The notes beneath the pieces are model-generated. The model saw only the letters and a program-made list of their open reading frames with translations, searched no databases and had not been told where the DNA came from. A stretch of 64,000 bases of DNA, taken from positions 432,679-496,678 of the forward strand of contig JABHGM010000001.1 in assembly GCA_018672055.1 (NCBI GenBank), read 5' to 3'. The translations under genes were made by a program, and so were the position numbers. Position 1 is the first letter of the stretch, and each line of letters begins with the position of its first letter. Source of the DNA: a bacterium (GTDB lineage Bacteria > Patescibacteriota > Patescibacteriia > UBA1558 > UBA10009). Positions 19,210-28,639 of this stretch are shown here, in pieces.

Positions 19210-20208
19210 ATGAATATTTTATCTCTTAAAAAAATATTATCGTCTGAACCAAAGTTTAGATTTAAGCAGGTTATGCAAGCTATCTACGTAGATTTTGTTT
19301 ATGATTGGGATGAAGTTACAACTCTATCTAAAGAGTTACGTAGTAAATTAAATATAGAGGCTCCACTAGTCATAAATAGTGGCTTATCCGAAAGTAAGGA
19401 TAAAAATACAAATAAAGTTTTAATTACCCTTGAGGATGGATTGCAAATTGAAACTGTGTTAATGAAGCATATTAATGGTAGAAGAACTGTATGTGTCTCG
19501 TCTCAGGTCGGTTGTCCTTTAGCTTGTACATTTTGTGATACCGGGAAAATGGGATTTAAGAGAAATTTAACTAGTTATGAGATTATTGAACAAGTAATAT
19601 TTTGGGGCAGAATATTAAAGAAAAATAATGAAAGAGTTTCTAACGTTGTATTTATGGGAATGGGAGAACCGTTTTTAAATTATGATAATGTTATGAAGGC
19701 TATAAGGGTGTTAAACGATAAGGATGGTTTCGATATTGGTGCTCGTAAAATATCTATTTCAACAGCTGGACTAGTTACAGAAATAAGAAAATTGGCTAAA
19801 GAAGATATACAAGTTAATTTAGCAATTTCACTTCATGCACCAAATGATGTATTAAGAAGTAAATTAATGCCAGTAAATAAACAAGTATCTTTAAAAAAAT
19901 TATTTGAAGCTATAGATTATTATATTGATTTAACGAATAGGAAAGTTATGTTTGAATATCTCATGATAGATAAAATTAATGATAGTGAAATAGATGCAAA
20001 ACAATTAGCAGAATTAATGAGTAGGCCATTATATATGGTAAATTTAATTCCATATAATCCAACCAATAAATATCAACCATCATCCCAAAAAGCTATTGAT
20101 GTGTTTAAAAATATATTAAGGAAAAGAGGAGTTAATGTAAATCAGAGATTTGGTTTTGGTCAAGATATTAAAGCAGCCTGTGGCCAACTTGCGGGCAAGA
20201 AAAAATAA
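19210..20208 (+). CDS. rlmN: 23S rRNA/tRNA A2503 methyltransferase RlmN (radical SAM)
   Basis: CVSSQVGCPLACTFCDTG radical-SAM cluster motif and a C-terminal catalytic Cys. Confidence 0.85.
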   Translation: MNILSLKKILSSEPKFRFKQVMQAIYVDFVYDWDEVTTLSKELRSKLNIEAPLVINSGLSESKDKNTNKVLITLEDGLQIETVLMKHINGRRTVCVSSQVGCPLACTFCDTGKMGFKRNLTSYEIIEQVIFWGRILKKNNERVSNVVFMGMGEPFLNYDNVMKAIRVLNDKDGFDIGARKISISTAGLVTEIRKLAKEDIQVNLAISLHAPNDVLRSKLMPVNKQVSLKKLFEAIDYYIDLTNRKVMFEYLMIDKINDSEIDAKQLAELMSRPLYMVNLIPYNPTNKYQPSSQKAIDVFKNILRKRGVNVNQRFGFGQDIKAACGQLAGKKK

Positions 20209-20268
20209 TATTATTTGATACCATTTGATTAGATTTGAACTTATAATAAGATTAATTATTTATTAAAT

Positions 20269-20700
20269 ATGGCTAAGCCAAAACACAGTAAGAATAAAGA
20301 TGGTAAATTAATGCATTATACAGCAGGAGCACTGATTAAGAGAGGTGATAAGTATCTTTTAATTGATCGAGTGAAGCCACCATTAGGCTTTGCTGGCGTA
20401 GCTGGACATATTGATGAAGGAGAAGATGAAACACAAGCTTTGAAACGTGAGGTTGAAGAAGAAAGTGGATTAAAGGTAGATGATTATAAAATTCTTTTTG
20501 AAGAAGAATTAAATTGGAATTGGTGTAGCAAGGGAGCTGATAGCCATTATTGGTATTTATTTGAATGTGATGTATCTGGTGAAATTAAGCAGAATTATAA
20601 TGAAACTAAGTCTATTGGTTGGTACACTGTAGATGAAATTAAAAAATTAAAATTAGAACCAGTTTGGGAATACTGGTTTAAGAAATTAAAGATAATTTAA
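20269..20700 (+). CDS. Nudix hydrolase
   Basis: Nudix box GHIDEGEDETQALKREVEEESGL. Confidence 0.8.
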   Translation: MAKPKHSKNKDGKLMHYTAGALIKRGDKYLLIDRVKPPLGFAGVAGHIDEGEDETQALKREVEEESGLKVDDYKILFEEELNWNWCSKGADSHYWYLFECDVSGEIKQNYNETKSIGWYTVDEIKKLKLEPVWEYWFKKLKII

Positions 20701-20704
20701 TATG

Positions 20705-20733
20705 AAACCATCTATCAAAATAGGTGGTTTTTT
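20705..20733 (+). terminator. Rho-independent terminator after the Nudix gene
   Basis: aaaccatct/aggtggttt is a 9-bp stem with one mismatch, followed by T6. Confidence 0.5.
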
Positions 20734-20769
20734 GATAGAATATATTTATTAATAATTAACATATTATTT

Positions 20770-21660
20770 ATGTCAGTAAAAACGCAATTTTTAAAATTAA
20801 AAGAGAATTGGCTTTTAATTCTAGTTATTTTAATTATTCTAGTTGGTTTAACCTATAATGGTAATGGTCCATCTACTTTTTTAAGTAAAGCTACTAATAT
20901 GGCTGTCAATCAATTGGCAGAAACTGCATCATTTGGTGCTGATATGGCTCTATCATCATATAGACCAAGCTATGACGAAGATTTTGCTCCTGGGATAGAA
21001 GATAGGCAAATAACTAAAACAGCTAATTTATCAAGTGAAGTTGAAAGAGGGGATTTTAATACTGCAGAGAGTCAGTTAAAAAATATTATTAATTCTAGTG
21101 ATTCTTTTTTACTTGATGAAAATGTTAGTAAAAATGGAATCGGTGTTAAAGAATATTTGACTGGTAGGTATAGAATGAAAGTAGATGTTACTAAATATGA
21201 TTCAGTAATTTCTCAATTAAAAGAGATTGGTGATGTACAAAGTTTTAGCGAAAACTCAGATGATATTACTGGTCAATATAATAATCTAGGAATAGAGTTA
21301 GATATTGAAAGAGAACGTTTAAATAGGTATTGGCAATTATTTAATCAGTCTACTAAAATTGAAGACAAGATTACTCTAAATGATAGGATATTTAATCAGG
21401 AACGAACTATTAAATATTATGAAGATAGATTAAATAAGTTAGATAATAAAATTGAGTATTCTACAGTTAATTTAACCATTTCAGAAGAAAGGTCTAATTT
21501 CTTTGAAGCTAGTTTTGTTAAGTTATCGGTTTTAGCTAAATCATTTGTGGGTAGTATAAATAGCTTATTAATAATAATAATAACTATTATTCCATACTTA
21601 ATAGTTTTTGGATTAATATATTATATTATCAAGTGGTTTAGAGCTAAGAAGATATATTAG
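20770..21660 (+). CDS. DUF4349-like membrane-anchored protein
   Basis: N-terminal TM, a central coiled region and C-terminal TM segments, in the DUF4349 arrangement. Confidence 0.5.
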   Translation: MSVKTQFLKLKENWLLILVILIILVGLTYNGNGPSTFLSKATNMAVNQLAETASFGADMALSSYRPSYDEDFAPGIEDRQITKTANLSSEVERGDFNTAESQLKNIINSSDSFLLDENVSKNGIGVKEYLTGRYRMKVDVTKYDSVISQLKEIGDVQSFSENSDDITGQYNNLGIELDIERERLNRYWQLFNQSTKIEDKITLNDRIFNQERTIKYYEDRLNKLDNKIEYSTVNLTISEERSNFFEASFVKLSVLAKSFVGSINSLLIIIITIIPYLIVFGLIYYIIKWFRAKKIY

Positions 21661-21678
21661 TTAAATAAAATATATAGT

Positions 21679-21717
21679 AAGAAGCTATCTGGATTAGGTA
21701 GCTTCTTTTATTAGTTT
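21679..21717 (+). terminator. Rho-independent terminator after the DUF4349 gene
   Basis: aagaagcta/tagcttctt is a perfect 9-bp stem followed by a T-rich tail. Confidence 0.6.
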
Positions 21718-21731
21718 AAAACATAAAAAAA

Positions 21732-21740
21732 TGGTATAAT
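21732..21740 (+). promoter_or_regulatory. Extended -10 TGgTATAAT, candidate che operon promoter
   Basis: tggtataat lies 38 nt upstream of the cheY ATG. The same TGgTATAAT recurs at 31445. Confidence 0.4.
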
Positions 21741-21777
21741 ATTGTTAGATTAATCACTAAATCTAATTTTTAAAATT

Positions 21778-22134
21778 ATGTCCACAAAGAAAAAAATACT
21801 TATCGGAGAAGATGAAAGGCCAATGGCAAAAGCTTTAGAGCTTAAATTAAATAGCGTTGGTTTTGAAGCTAAGGCTGTTTTTAATGGAAATGAAGTAATT
21901 GAGGAATTAACTACTAATAAGTATGATTTGTTGTTACTTGATTTAATTATGCCTAAGCTAGGAGGTTTAGAAGTTATTAGAGAAGCTGGTAAAGAACAAA
22001 ATATTATTGTTGTTTCTGCTGTAGGACAGGATAAAGTAGTTAAAGAGGCTAAAGATTTAGGCGCTAAAGGCTATATAGTAAAACCCTTTGACAATAAACA
22101 AGTGATTGAGGAAATAAATAAAGTTTTAGGTTAA
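21778..22134 (+). CDS. cheY: Chemotaxis response regulator CheY
   Basis: Single receiver domain (DD...D57-like LLLDLIMP...K) as the first gene of the che operon. Confidence 0.8.
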   Translation: MSTKKKILIGEDERPMAKALELKLNSVGFEAKAVFNGNEVIEELTTNKYDLLLLDLIMPKLGGLEVIREAGKEQNIIVVSAVGQDKVVKEAKDLGAKGYIVKPFDNKQVIEEINKVLG

Positions 22135-22155
22135 TATTTAAGTGAATATTAATTC

Positions 22156-23199
22156 ATGGTTAAGAAGAAAAAAATAAAAGTTCTTATTGTTGATGATTCT
22201 TTTTTTATGAAAAAGCTCTTACGAGAGCTTCTTTCGTCAGATTCTAGTATTGAAGTAGTAGGTGAAGCTAAAACTGGTTCAGAAGCAATAGGTGAAACAT
22301 TAAGGTTAAAACCTGATGTTATTACTATGGACTATAATATGCCTGGTATGACAGGCGCTGAAGCTATTAGAACGATTATTAATAATGATAAGCTAGAAAG
22401 ACCAGCCATTATAATGCTTTCTGCTTACGCTAAAGAAGGCGCTGATGAAACTATTGAATGTTTAAGAGCTGGTGCTGTAGATTTTATTGCTAAACCTTCT
22501 GGAGAGTTATCACTTGATATTGAAAAAATAAGAGAGGATATATTAAAAAAAATACATACCGCTAAACTTGCTAGAATTCGTAGATTTCCAGGCACTAAAA
22601 AGAGAAGTGGTAAAGTGTCATTTAAAAATATAAAAGGAAGTAAGATTATAGTAATTGGTGCTTCAACTGGAGGTCCGCCTGTAGTTGAAGATATATTACT
22701 TGCCTTACCAAAGAATATTCCGGCTACAATATTTGTAGCTCAACATATGCCAGATTTTTTTATAAGTCGTTTTGCAGAAAGACTTGATAAATTAATGGAT
22801 TTAAAAGTTAAAGTGTTATCAGATAATTCACTTATTGCTCCTAAACAAGTAATTATAGTAAATGATAATTTTAAAATAATTGGTGATAAGATTAAAAGAA
22901 TAAAAATTTGTAAAGTAGATGAAGAATGTGGTGCTAGACCATCTATTGATAGTACAATGATTTCATTATCAAAAGCTTATGGTAAAAAAGTAATAGGTAT
23001 TATGCTATCAGGTATGGGTGAAGATGGATTTGAAGGTTTTAAAGAGATTAGAAGAAATAAAGGATTTACTATAGCTCAGGATTTAAAAACTGCAGTAATA
23101 ACTTCTATGCCTGAAACAGTAATAGAAGCAGGTTTAACGGATTCTGTACTATCACCTAATAAAATAGCTAAAAAGATTATTGAATTATGTAGTGAATAA
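22156..23199 (+). CDS. cheB: Chemotaxis protein-glutamate methylesterase CheB (REC plus methylesterase)
   Basis: N-terminal receiver and C-terminal CheB_methylest (IVIGASTGGPP, catalytic triad region). Confidence 0.85.
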   Translation: MVKKKKIKVLIVDDSFFMKKLLRELLSSDSSIEVVGEAKTGSEAIGETLRLKPDVITMDYNMPGMTGAEAIRTIINNDKLERPAIIMLSAYAKEGADETIECLRAGAVDFIAKPSGELSLDIEKIREDILKKIHTAKLARIRRFPGTKKRSGKVSFKNIKGSKIIVIGASTGGPPVVEDILLALPKNIPATIFVAQHMPDFFISRFAERLDKLMDLKVKVLSDNSLIAPKQVIIVNDNFKIIGDKIKRIKICKVDEECGARPSIDSTMISLSKAYGKKVIGIMLSGMGEDGFEGFKEIRRNKGFTIAQDLKTAVITSMPETVIEAGLTDSVLSPNKIAKKIIELCSE

Positions 23200-23201
23200 A
23201 T

Positions 23202-24974
23202 ATGATTGATCTATCAAAATTTAAAGATATATACGTTAGTGAAACTGAAGACCATTTACAAAAATTAAATGATAATCTTTTAGCATTAGAGAAAGACTTG
23301 TCAAATAAATCATTACTTAATGAATTAATGAGATCAGCTCATACTTTAAAGAGCTCATCAGCTACAATGGGATTTAATGATATGGCATTTCTAACTCATG
23401 TATTAGAAGATGTATTTGATTATGCTAGGAATGATCTATTTAATATTACTTCAGAAACAGTTACTAAATTATTTGAAGCTATAGATAGTTTAGATAATTC
23501 ATTAAAAAGTGTTAAAGAGAAAAATAAGGAATCAGATTTAAAAAAAGTAATTGAGAATATTAAAAAGATTACTGGCGTTAAAACAGAAGGTATTGGAAAA
23601 TCTGTTAGACATGAAGATGGTAAACCACTTGTTGAAAAAAAAGAAGTAAAAAGTGGTGATAATAAGTTAGATGAATTAAAAGAAGCAGATAAAATAACAT
23701 CTATTAAAGTACCGGTTGAGAGATTAGATAAATTAATGGATTTAACTGAAGAGTTATTAATAGATAGAATGAGAATTGAAACCATATCAGGGTATGATTT
23801 AGATAGTAGTTTAACAGATGAAAAGTTAACTTTAGAAAGCCTATTATTTAAGTTAACACCTGCTGTTGAGCATTTAAGTGGCTTAATCTCTAATTTACAA
23901 TATTTAGTCATGCAAGCACGTTTAGTGCCTCTTGGGCAAATATTTGCTCGTTTTCCACGCATGATTAGAGATTTAGCTACTGAAAAGAAGAAAAAAATTA
24001 ATTTAGAAATAAGTGGTGAAGATTTAGAAGTTGATAGAACCATAGTTGATAAATTAGGTGAACCTATTGTACATTTACTTAGAAATGCTTTAGATCATGG
24101 TATTGATACTGAAGGTACTATTAAATTAAAAGCAATACGTGAAAAAGATTTTGTATCAGTTATTGTTGAAGATAATGGCTTAGGAATTGATTTTAAAGAA
24201 GTCGTAGAAGCAGCTGTAAGAAAGAATATAATTGGTAATGATGAAGGAAATAATTATTTAAGTAAGATAGAAAAGAATAAGATATTTGATTACGGTGCTG
24301 ACAAGAAATATGTTGCTGATAGAAAACAAATTGAAGATATATTATTTAATCCAAGACTTAGTACTAATAAGCAAGTTACTAAAACTTCAGGAAGAGGAGT
24401 GGGCTTAAGTGTTGTTAAAAAGTTTAGTGAAGAAATAAATGGTAACATCATATTAGAATCACCATTATCTAAAAAAGGTGGTACTAGATTTACTTTAGAG
24501 TTACCACTTACACTAGCAATAATAAATGCATTACTTGTTAAAATAGATAATTCTATGTTTGCTATACCGTTTTCTAGTATTGCCAGAGCAGTTTCAGTAA
24601 AACCTGAAGATATTAAGAGTATGGCAGATCAAGATGTGGCTGTTGTTGATAATATGAGAGTGCCACTTGTAGATTTAGAAAGAGTATTTCATTTAGTAAA
24701 GCCATTACAAGGTAAAAAAACTATACAACAGCTTGAAAAAGAGAGTAAGCAAATTAATAAGACGGTTGTTTTAGTAAAACGTGGTAAAGAATTAGCTGGT
24801 ATAATAGTAGATAGGTTATTAAATGAGCAAGAAATTATTGTTAAACCATTACCTTCTGTTTTAAAAGGTGTAAAAGGATTTTCTGGCTCTACTATACTTG
24901 GTGATGGTGAAACTATACTTATTCTAGATGTTATTACTTTATTACAAGATTCAAGTAAATTAATTAGAGTTTAA
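23202..24974 (+). CDS. cheA: Chemotaxis histidine kinase CheA
   Basis: P1 HPt (RSAHTLKSS), dimerisation domain, HATPase (NALDHG, GRGVGL) and a C-terminal CheW-like P5 domain. Confidence 0.9.
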   Translation: MIDLSKFKDIYVSETEDHLQKLNDNLLALEKDLSNKSLLNELMRSAHTLKSSSATMGFNDMAFLTHVLEDVFDYARNDLFNITSETVTKLFEAIDSLDNSLKSVKEKNKESDLKKVIENIKKITGVKTEGIGKSVRHEDGKPLVEKKEVKSGDNKLDELKEADKITSIKVPVERLDKLMDLTEELLIDRMRIETISGYDLDSSLTDEKLTLESLLFKLTPAVEHLSGLISNLQYLVMQARLVPLGQIFARFPRMIRDLATEKKKKINLEISGEDLEVDRTIVDKLGEPIVHLLRNALDHGIDTEGTIKLKAIREKDFVSVIVEDNGLGIDFKEVVEAAVRKNIIGNDEGNNYLSKIEKNKIFDYGADKKYVADRKQIEDILFNPRLSTNKQVTKTSGRGVGLSVVKKFSEEINGNIILESPLSKKGGTRFTLELPLTLAIINALLVKIDNSMFAIPFSSIARAVSVKPEDIKSMADQDVAVVDNMRVPLVDLERVFHLVKPLQGKKTIQQLEKESKQINKTVVLVKRGKELAGIIVDRLLNEQEIIVKPLPSVLKGVKGFSGSTILGDGETILILDVITLLQDSSKLIRV

Positions 24975-24984
24975 AATATATTTT

Positions 24985-25599
24985 ATGGCTAAAAAAATAA
25001 CAAGTTTTGAAATTGATCAATTGAAGGAGATTACAAATATAGGGGCAGGTAATGCAAGTACTGCTTTATCACATATGCTTGGTAAAAAAGTACAAATGAC
25101 TGTACCAGAATCATATGTAGGTAAGATAGAAGAAGTTCAGAGAAATTTTGGAGAAGCTTCTGATAAAGTATTAGCTTTATTTCTTAAGATGCACGGAGAT
25201 TTAGAAGGAGCTATGGCTATGATATTTAAGCCAGAAGATGCCTTATCCTTTATGGAAATACTTACTAAGAAGAAAAAGAAAAGCCTTGATGAAATGGATG
25301 AATTAGATGAGTCATCCATTTTAGAAGTAGGTAATATATTACTTGGAGCTTCTATTACTGCTCTAGCTAAATTTTTAGATTTAAATATTACTCATACAAT
25401 TCCTGATATGACAGTTAATATGCTTGGTGCTATTATGGATACTGTTTTATTAGAAATAGGTAGTGATAGTGAAGAAATATTAGCATTTAAAGTTAACTTA
25501 CACTTTTCTGACGATAACATTGGTGGAGATATTTATTATATCTTTGATCCTGCAGCCAGTGGTATTATTTTAAAAGCTACTAAGGAGAAAGTTAAATAA
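24985..25599 (+). CDS. cheC: CheY-P phosphatase CheC
   Basis: Two CheC repeats (EITNIGAGNASTALSHMLG and EVGNILLGASITALAKFLD). Confidence 0.75.
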   Translation: MAKKITSFEIDQLKEITNIGAGNASTALSHMLGKKVQMTVPESYVGKIEEVQRNFGEASDKVLALFLKMHGDLEGAMAMIFKPEDALSFMEILTKKKKKSLDEMDELDESSILEVGNILLGASITALAKFLDLNITHTIPDMTVNMLGAIMDTVLLEIGSDSEEILAFKVNLHFSDDNIGGDIYYIFDPAASGIILKATKEKVK

Positions 25600-26076
25600 A
25601 TGAGTGAAGAAATACATATTAAAACTGCAGAGCTTGTAGTAAGTCATAATGATAATATATTAAAGTCAGGAAGTATTGGCTCTTGTATTGTTATTACATT
25701 ATATGATACTAAAAAAAGAATAGGTGGTATGGCTCATGCTATGCTTCCACATAGAAAAAATAAAATGAAAAACTATGAGGTAAAACCTACTGAAGCAAAG
25801 TATGTTGATGAAGCTGTTGATAATTTAATGAAGGGAATTAAGGATATGGGTGGTGATATTACTGCTTTGGAAGCAAAAATAATAGGTGGGGCTACTATGT
25901 TTAAGAAATTATCAGGTGATAAATTTGGTATAGGTTATAGAAATATAGAGAAGGCTAAAAAAGTCTTACAAAGCCATAAAATAAAGATAGAAAAAGAAGA
26001 TACTGGCGGTAGTAATGGTAAAATGGTAGAATTTAATTTAGCTAATGGAGTAATCCATATATCTACTAATATATAA
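25600..26076 (+). CDS. cheD: Chemoreceptor glutamine deamidase CheD
   Basis: CheD family (GSIGSCIVITLYD...GGMAHAMLP). Confidence 0.8.
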   Translation: MSEEIHIKTAELVVSHNDNILKSGSIGSCIVITLYDTKKRIGGMAHAMLPHRKNKMKNYEVKPTEAKYVDEAVDNLMKGIKDMGGDITALEAKIIGGATMFKKLSGDKFGIGYRNIEKAKKVLQSHKIKIEKEDTGGSNGKMVEFNLANGVIHISTNI

Positions 26077-26080
26077 AAAT

Positions 26081-26455
26081 ATGACTAAAAAAAAGATTTT
26101 AATCGTAGATGATGAAGCACCATTGTCAAAAGTATTAAAAGATAAATTCGAATCAACTGGTTTTGAAGTATTAACAGCTAAAAATGGAGAAGAGGGTTTA
26201 ATGAAAGCTGTTACTCAAAAACCAGACTTAATCTTGCTTGATATAGTTATGCCTAGATTAGATGGTATGACTATGCTTAAAAAGTTAAGAGAAGATGAGT
26301 GGGGCAAGGGTGTAGAGGTTATACTCTTAACAAATTTGAGTGATAATGATAAGGTAAGGCAAGCTTTAAAGAATAATGTATATGATTATTTAATTAAATC
26401 TAATTGGAAACTTGAAGATTTAGTAATAAAAGTAAAAGAAAAATTAGAAGTTTAA
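26081..26455 (+). CDS. Orphan single-domain response regulator, receiver 1 of 3, DEWG subtype
   Basis: REC domain with LLDIVMP and C-terminal KLREDEWG...YLIKSNWKLEDLV; paralogous to receiver 3. Confidence 0.8.
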   Translation: MTKKKILIVDDEAPLSKVLKDKFESTGFEVLTAKNGEEGLMKAVTQKPDLILLDIVMPRLDGMTMLKKLREDEWGKGVEVILLTNLSDNDKVRQALKNNVYDYLIKSNWKLEDLVIKVKEKLEV

Positions 26456-26459
26456 ACAT

Positions 26460-26846
26460 ATGAATGATAATAAAACAGTATTAATATTAATAGTTGAAGA
26501 TGAAAAGCCATTAAGAGAAGCTCTTAAAACTAAATTAAGAAGTGAAGGTTTTGATGTTATGGAAGCAGCTAATGGAGAAGAAGGCTTAGAGATTATAAAT
26601 AGCAAGAAACCAGATTTAGTATTACTTGATTTAATGATGCCTGGTATCCCAGGAGAACAAGTATTAAAAGAAATGAATGATTCAGGTTTAATTAAAGAAA
26701 TACCTGTTATTGTGTTATCTGTTAAGGGTAATGATACTACGATAAGGAATTGCATTGATCAATTAGGAGCTGTTGATTATATGAGTAAGTCAGATTATTC
26801 ATTAAAGGAAATAGTTGAAAAAATTAACAAATTATTAAAAATATAA
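26460..26846 (+). CDS. Orphan single-domain response regulator, receiver 2 of 3
   Basis: REC domain (LLDLMMPGIPG), diverged from receivers 1 and 3. Confidence 0.8.
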   Translation: MNDNKTVLILIVEDEKPLREALKTKLRSEGFDVMEAANGEEGLEIINSKKPDLVLLDLMMPGIPGEQVLKEMNDSGLIKEIPVIVLSVKGNDTTIRNCIDQLGAVDYMSKSDYSLKEIVEKINKLLKI

Positions 26847-26848
26847 TT

Positions 26849-27214
26849 ATGAAAAAAGTTTTAGTTGTGGAGGATGAAAGAACATTAAGAGATGCTTTAG
26901 TTAAAAAGTTATCTAAAGAAGAATTTACAGTACTTTCTGCAAAAGATGGTAAAGAAGGATTAGATACTGCTCTAGCTGAACATCCTGATTTAATCTTACT
27001 TGATATTTTAATGCCTAAAATGAATGGCATTGAAGTGTTACAAAAGTTAAGAGAAGATGAATGGGGAGCTAAAGCAAAAGTAATTGTTTTAACTGTTTTA
27101 AATGATCAAAAGAAAATTTTAGAAGCTTTAGAAAAAGGAGCTTATGAATACCTTGTAAAGAGTGATTGGAAATTAGAAGACATTGTTGAAAGAGTCAAAG
27201 AAAAATTACAGTAG
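26849..27214 (+). CDS. Orphan single-domain response regulator, receiver 3 of 3, DEWG subtype
   Basis: REC domain with KLREDEWG...YLVKSDWKLEDIV. Confidence 0.8.
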   Translation: MKKVLVVEDERTLRDALVKKLSKEEFTVLSAKDGKEGLDTALAEHPDLILLDILMPKMNGIEVLQKLREDEWGAKAKVIVLTVLNDQKKILEALEKGAYEYLVKSDWKLEDIVERVKEKLQ

Positions 27215-27304
27215 AAGCAATACATTTATTGTTATTTACTTTACCCATATAGTATGGGTTTAATTGCTATATTTGTAGTTTTAGTTCTCCTTATCAGTTA
27301 GCTT

Positions 27305-27856
27305 ATGACAATAGATAGAGAATATTTAGATAAAAGAATAAGAAAAGTACCTAACTTTCCAAAAGAAGGTATTCTTTTTTATGACATAACTACATTATTT
27401 GAAGATGCTGAAGCATTGATATTGATGATAGATGAATTATATGAAAGATATAAAGATAAGAATATAGATAAAGTAGTTGGTATTGATGCACGTGGTTTTT
27501 TAATAGCTTCAGCTCTGGCCTACAAATTAAATTGTGGTATTTCCGTAGTAAGGAAAAAAGGTAAGCTACCATTTAAAACAAGATCCGTAAGTTATGAAAA
27601 AGAGTATGGTTTAGATACTATTGAAATGCATGAAGATACTTTAAAAGAAAGTGAAAAAGTAGTTATTGTTGATGACTTATTGGCTACTGGTGGTACCATG
27701 CTTGCTACAGTTGAATTAGTAGAACAATTAAAAGCTAATATAGTTGGCATTGAACTTATTGTAAACCTTTCTTTTTTACCTGGTTTAGAAAAGTTAAAGA
27801 AGTTAAATTATGAGGTAAACTATTTAATTGATTATAATAACGAAGAAGTAAAATAA
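27305..27856 (+). CDS. apt: Adenine phosphoribosyltransferase
   Basis: PRPP-binding VVIVDDLLATGGTMLA. Confidence 0.85.
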   Translation: MTIDREYLDKRIRKVPNFPKEGILFYDITTLFEDAEALILMIDELYERYKDKNIDKVVGIDARGFLIASALAYKLNCGISVVRKKGKLPFKTRSVSYEKEYGLDTIEMHEDTLKESEKVVIVDDLLATGGTMLATVELVEQLKANIVGIELIVNLSFLPGLEKLKKLNYEVNYLIDYNNEEVK

Positions 27857-27857
27857 T

Positions 27858-28634
27858 ATGTCAGAAAAGATTAAAATAGGTATAATTGGCGGTTCAGGGC
27901 TTGAAGATCCTAAATTTTTAAAAGATTTTAAGGATATTGAATTAGAAACTCCATATGGTAAAACTTCTTCTAAGATTACAACGGGGAGCATCAAAAATAT
28001 CGATGTAGCCATTATTTCTAGGTTCGGTAGAGATCACTCCATAAATCCGTCCAAAGTGCCTTATAGAGCCAATATTTGGGCTTTAAATGAGTTAAAATGC
28101 ACACATATCATAGCTACATCAGCTACAGGTTCATTAAAAGAAGAAATTAAGCCTGGTGACTTAGTTATGGTAGATCAGTTTATTGATTTTACTAGACTTC
28201 GGGAGCTAACATTTTTTGATGATAAGGTAGTTCATACTCCTATGGCTGAACCATTTTGTAATAAATTGAGAGACTTACTTAATAGGTCAGCTCAAGATTT
28301 AGATTTAAGTTTTCATGAAAAAGGTACTATAATAACTATAGAGGGTCCAAGATTTTCTACTAAAGCAGAATCACATATGTTTAAGGCTTGGGGAGCTGAT
28401 ATAATAAATATGTCTACTATTCCAGAAGCAAGTCTAGCTCGTGAACTTGGTATCTGCTATCAATTAATTGCTCTTATAACAGATTATGATTGTTGGAAAG
28501 AAAATGAAGAGGAAGTAACTTGGGAGATGATTTTAAAACAATTAGAATTAAATGCTTCAAAAGCTAAAGAGTTAATATTAAGTACAATTCCTAAAATAGA
28601 TTTTAAGGAATGTAAATTATGTAAAAAGGAATAA
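27858..28634 (+). CDS. mtnP: 5'-methylthioadenosine / purine nucleoside phosphorylase
   Basis: PNP/MTAP family (IGIIGGSGL, phosphate and ribose-binding motifs); coupled to apt. Confidence 0.8.
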   Translation: MSEKIKIGIIGGSGLEDPKFLKDFKDIELETPYGKTSSKITTGSIKNIDVAIISRFGRDHSINPSKVPYRANIWALNELKCTHIIATSATGSLKEEIKPGDLVMVDQFIDFTRLRELTFFDDKVVHTPMAEPFCNKLRDLLNRSAQDLDLSFHEKGTIITIEGPRFSTKAESHMFKAWGADIINMSTIPEASLARELGICYQLIALITDYDCWKENEEEVTWEMILKQLELNASKAKELILSTIPKIDFKECKLCKKE

Positions 28635-28639
28635 TATAT

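Noticed and set aside
27215-27304. Hairpin acccata-tag-tatgggt after the last receiver gene, as a che operon terminator
   Set aside because: The stem is only 7 bp with a 3-nt loop and no downstream T-run. It may contribute to termination but is not convincing on its own.
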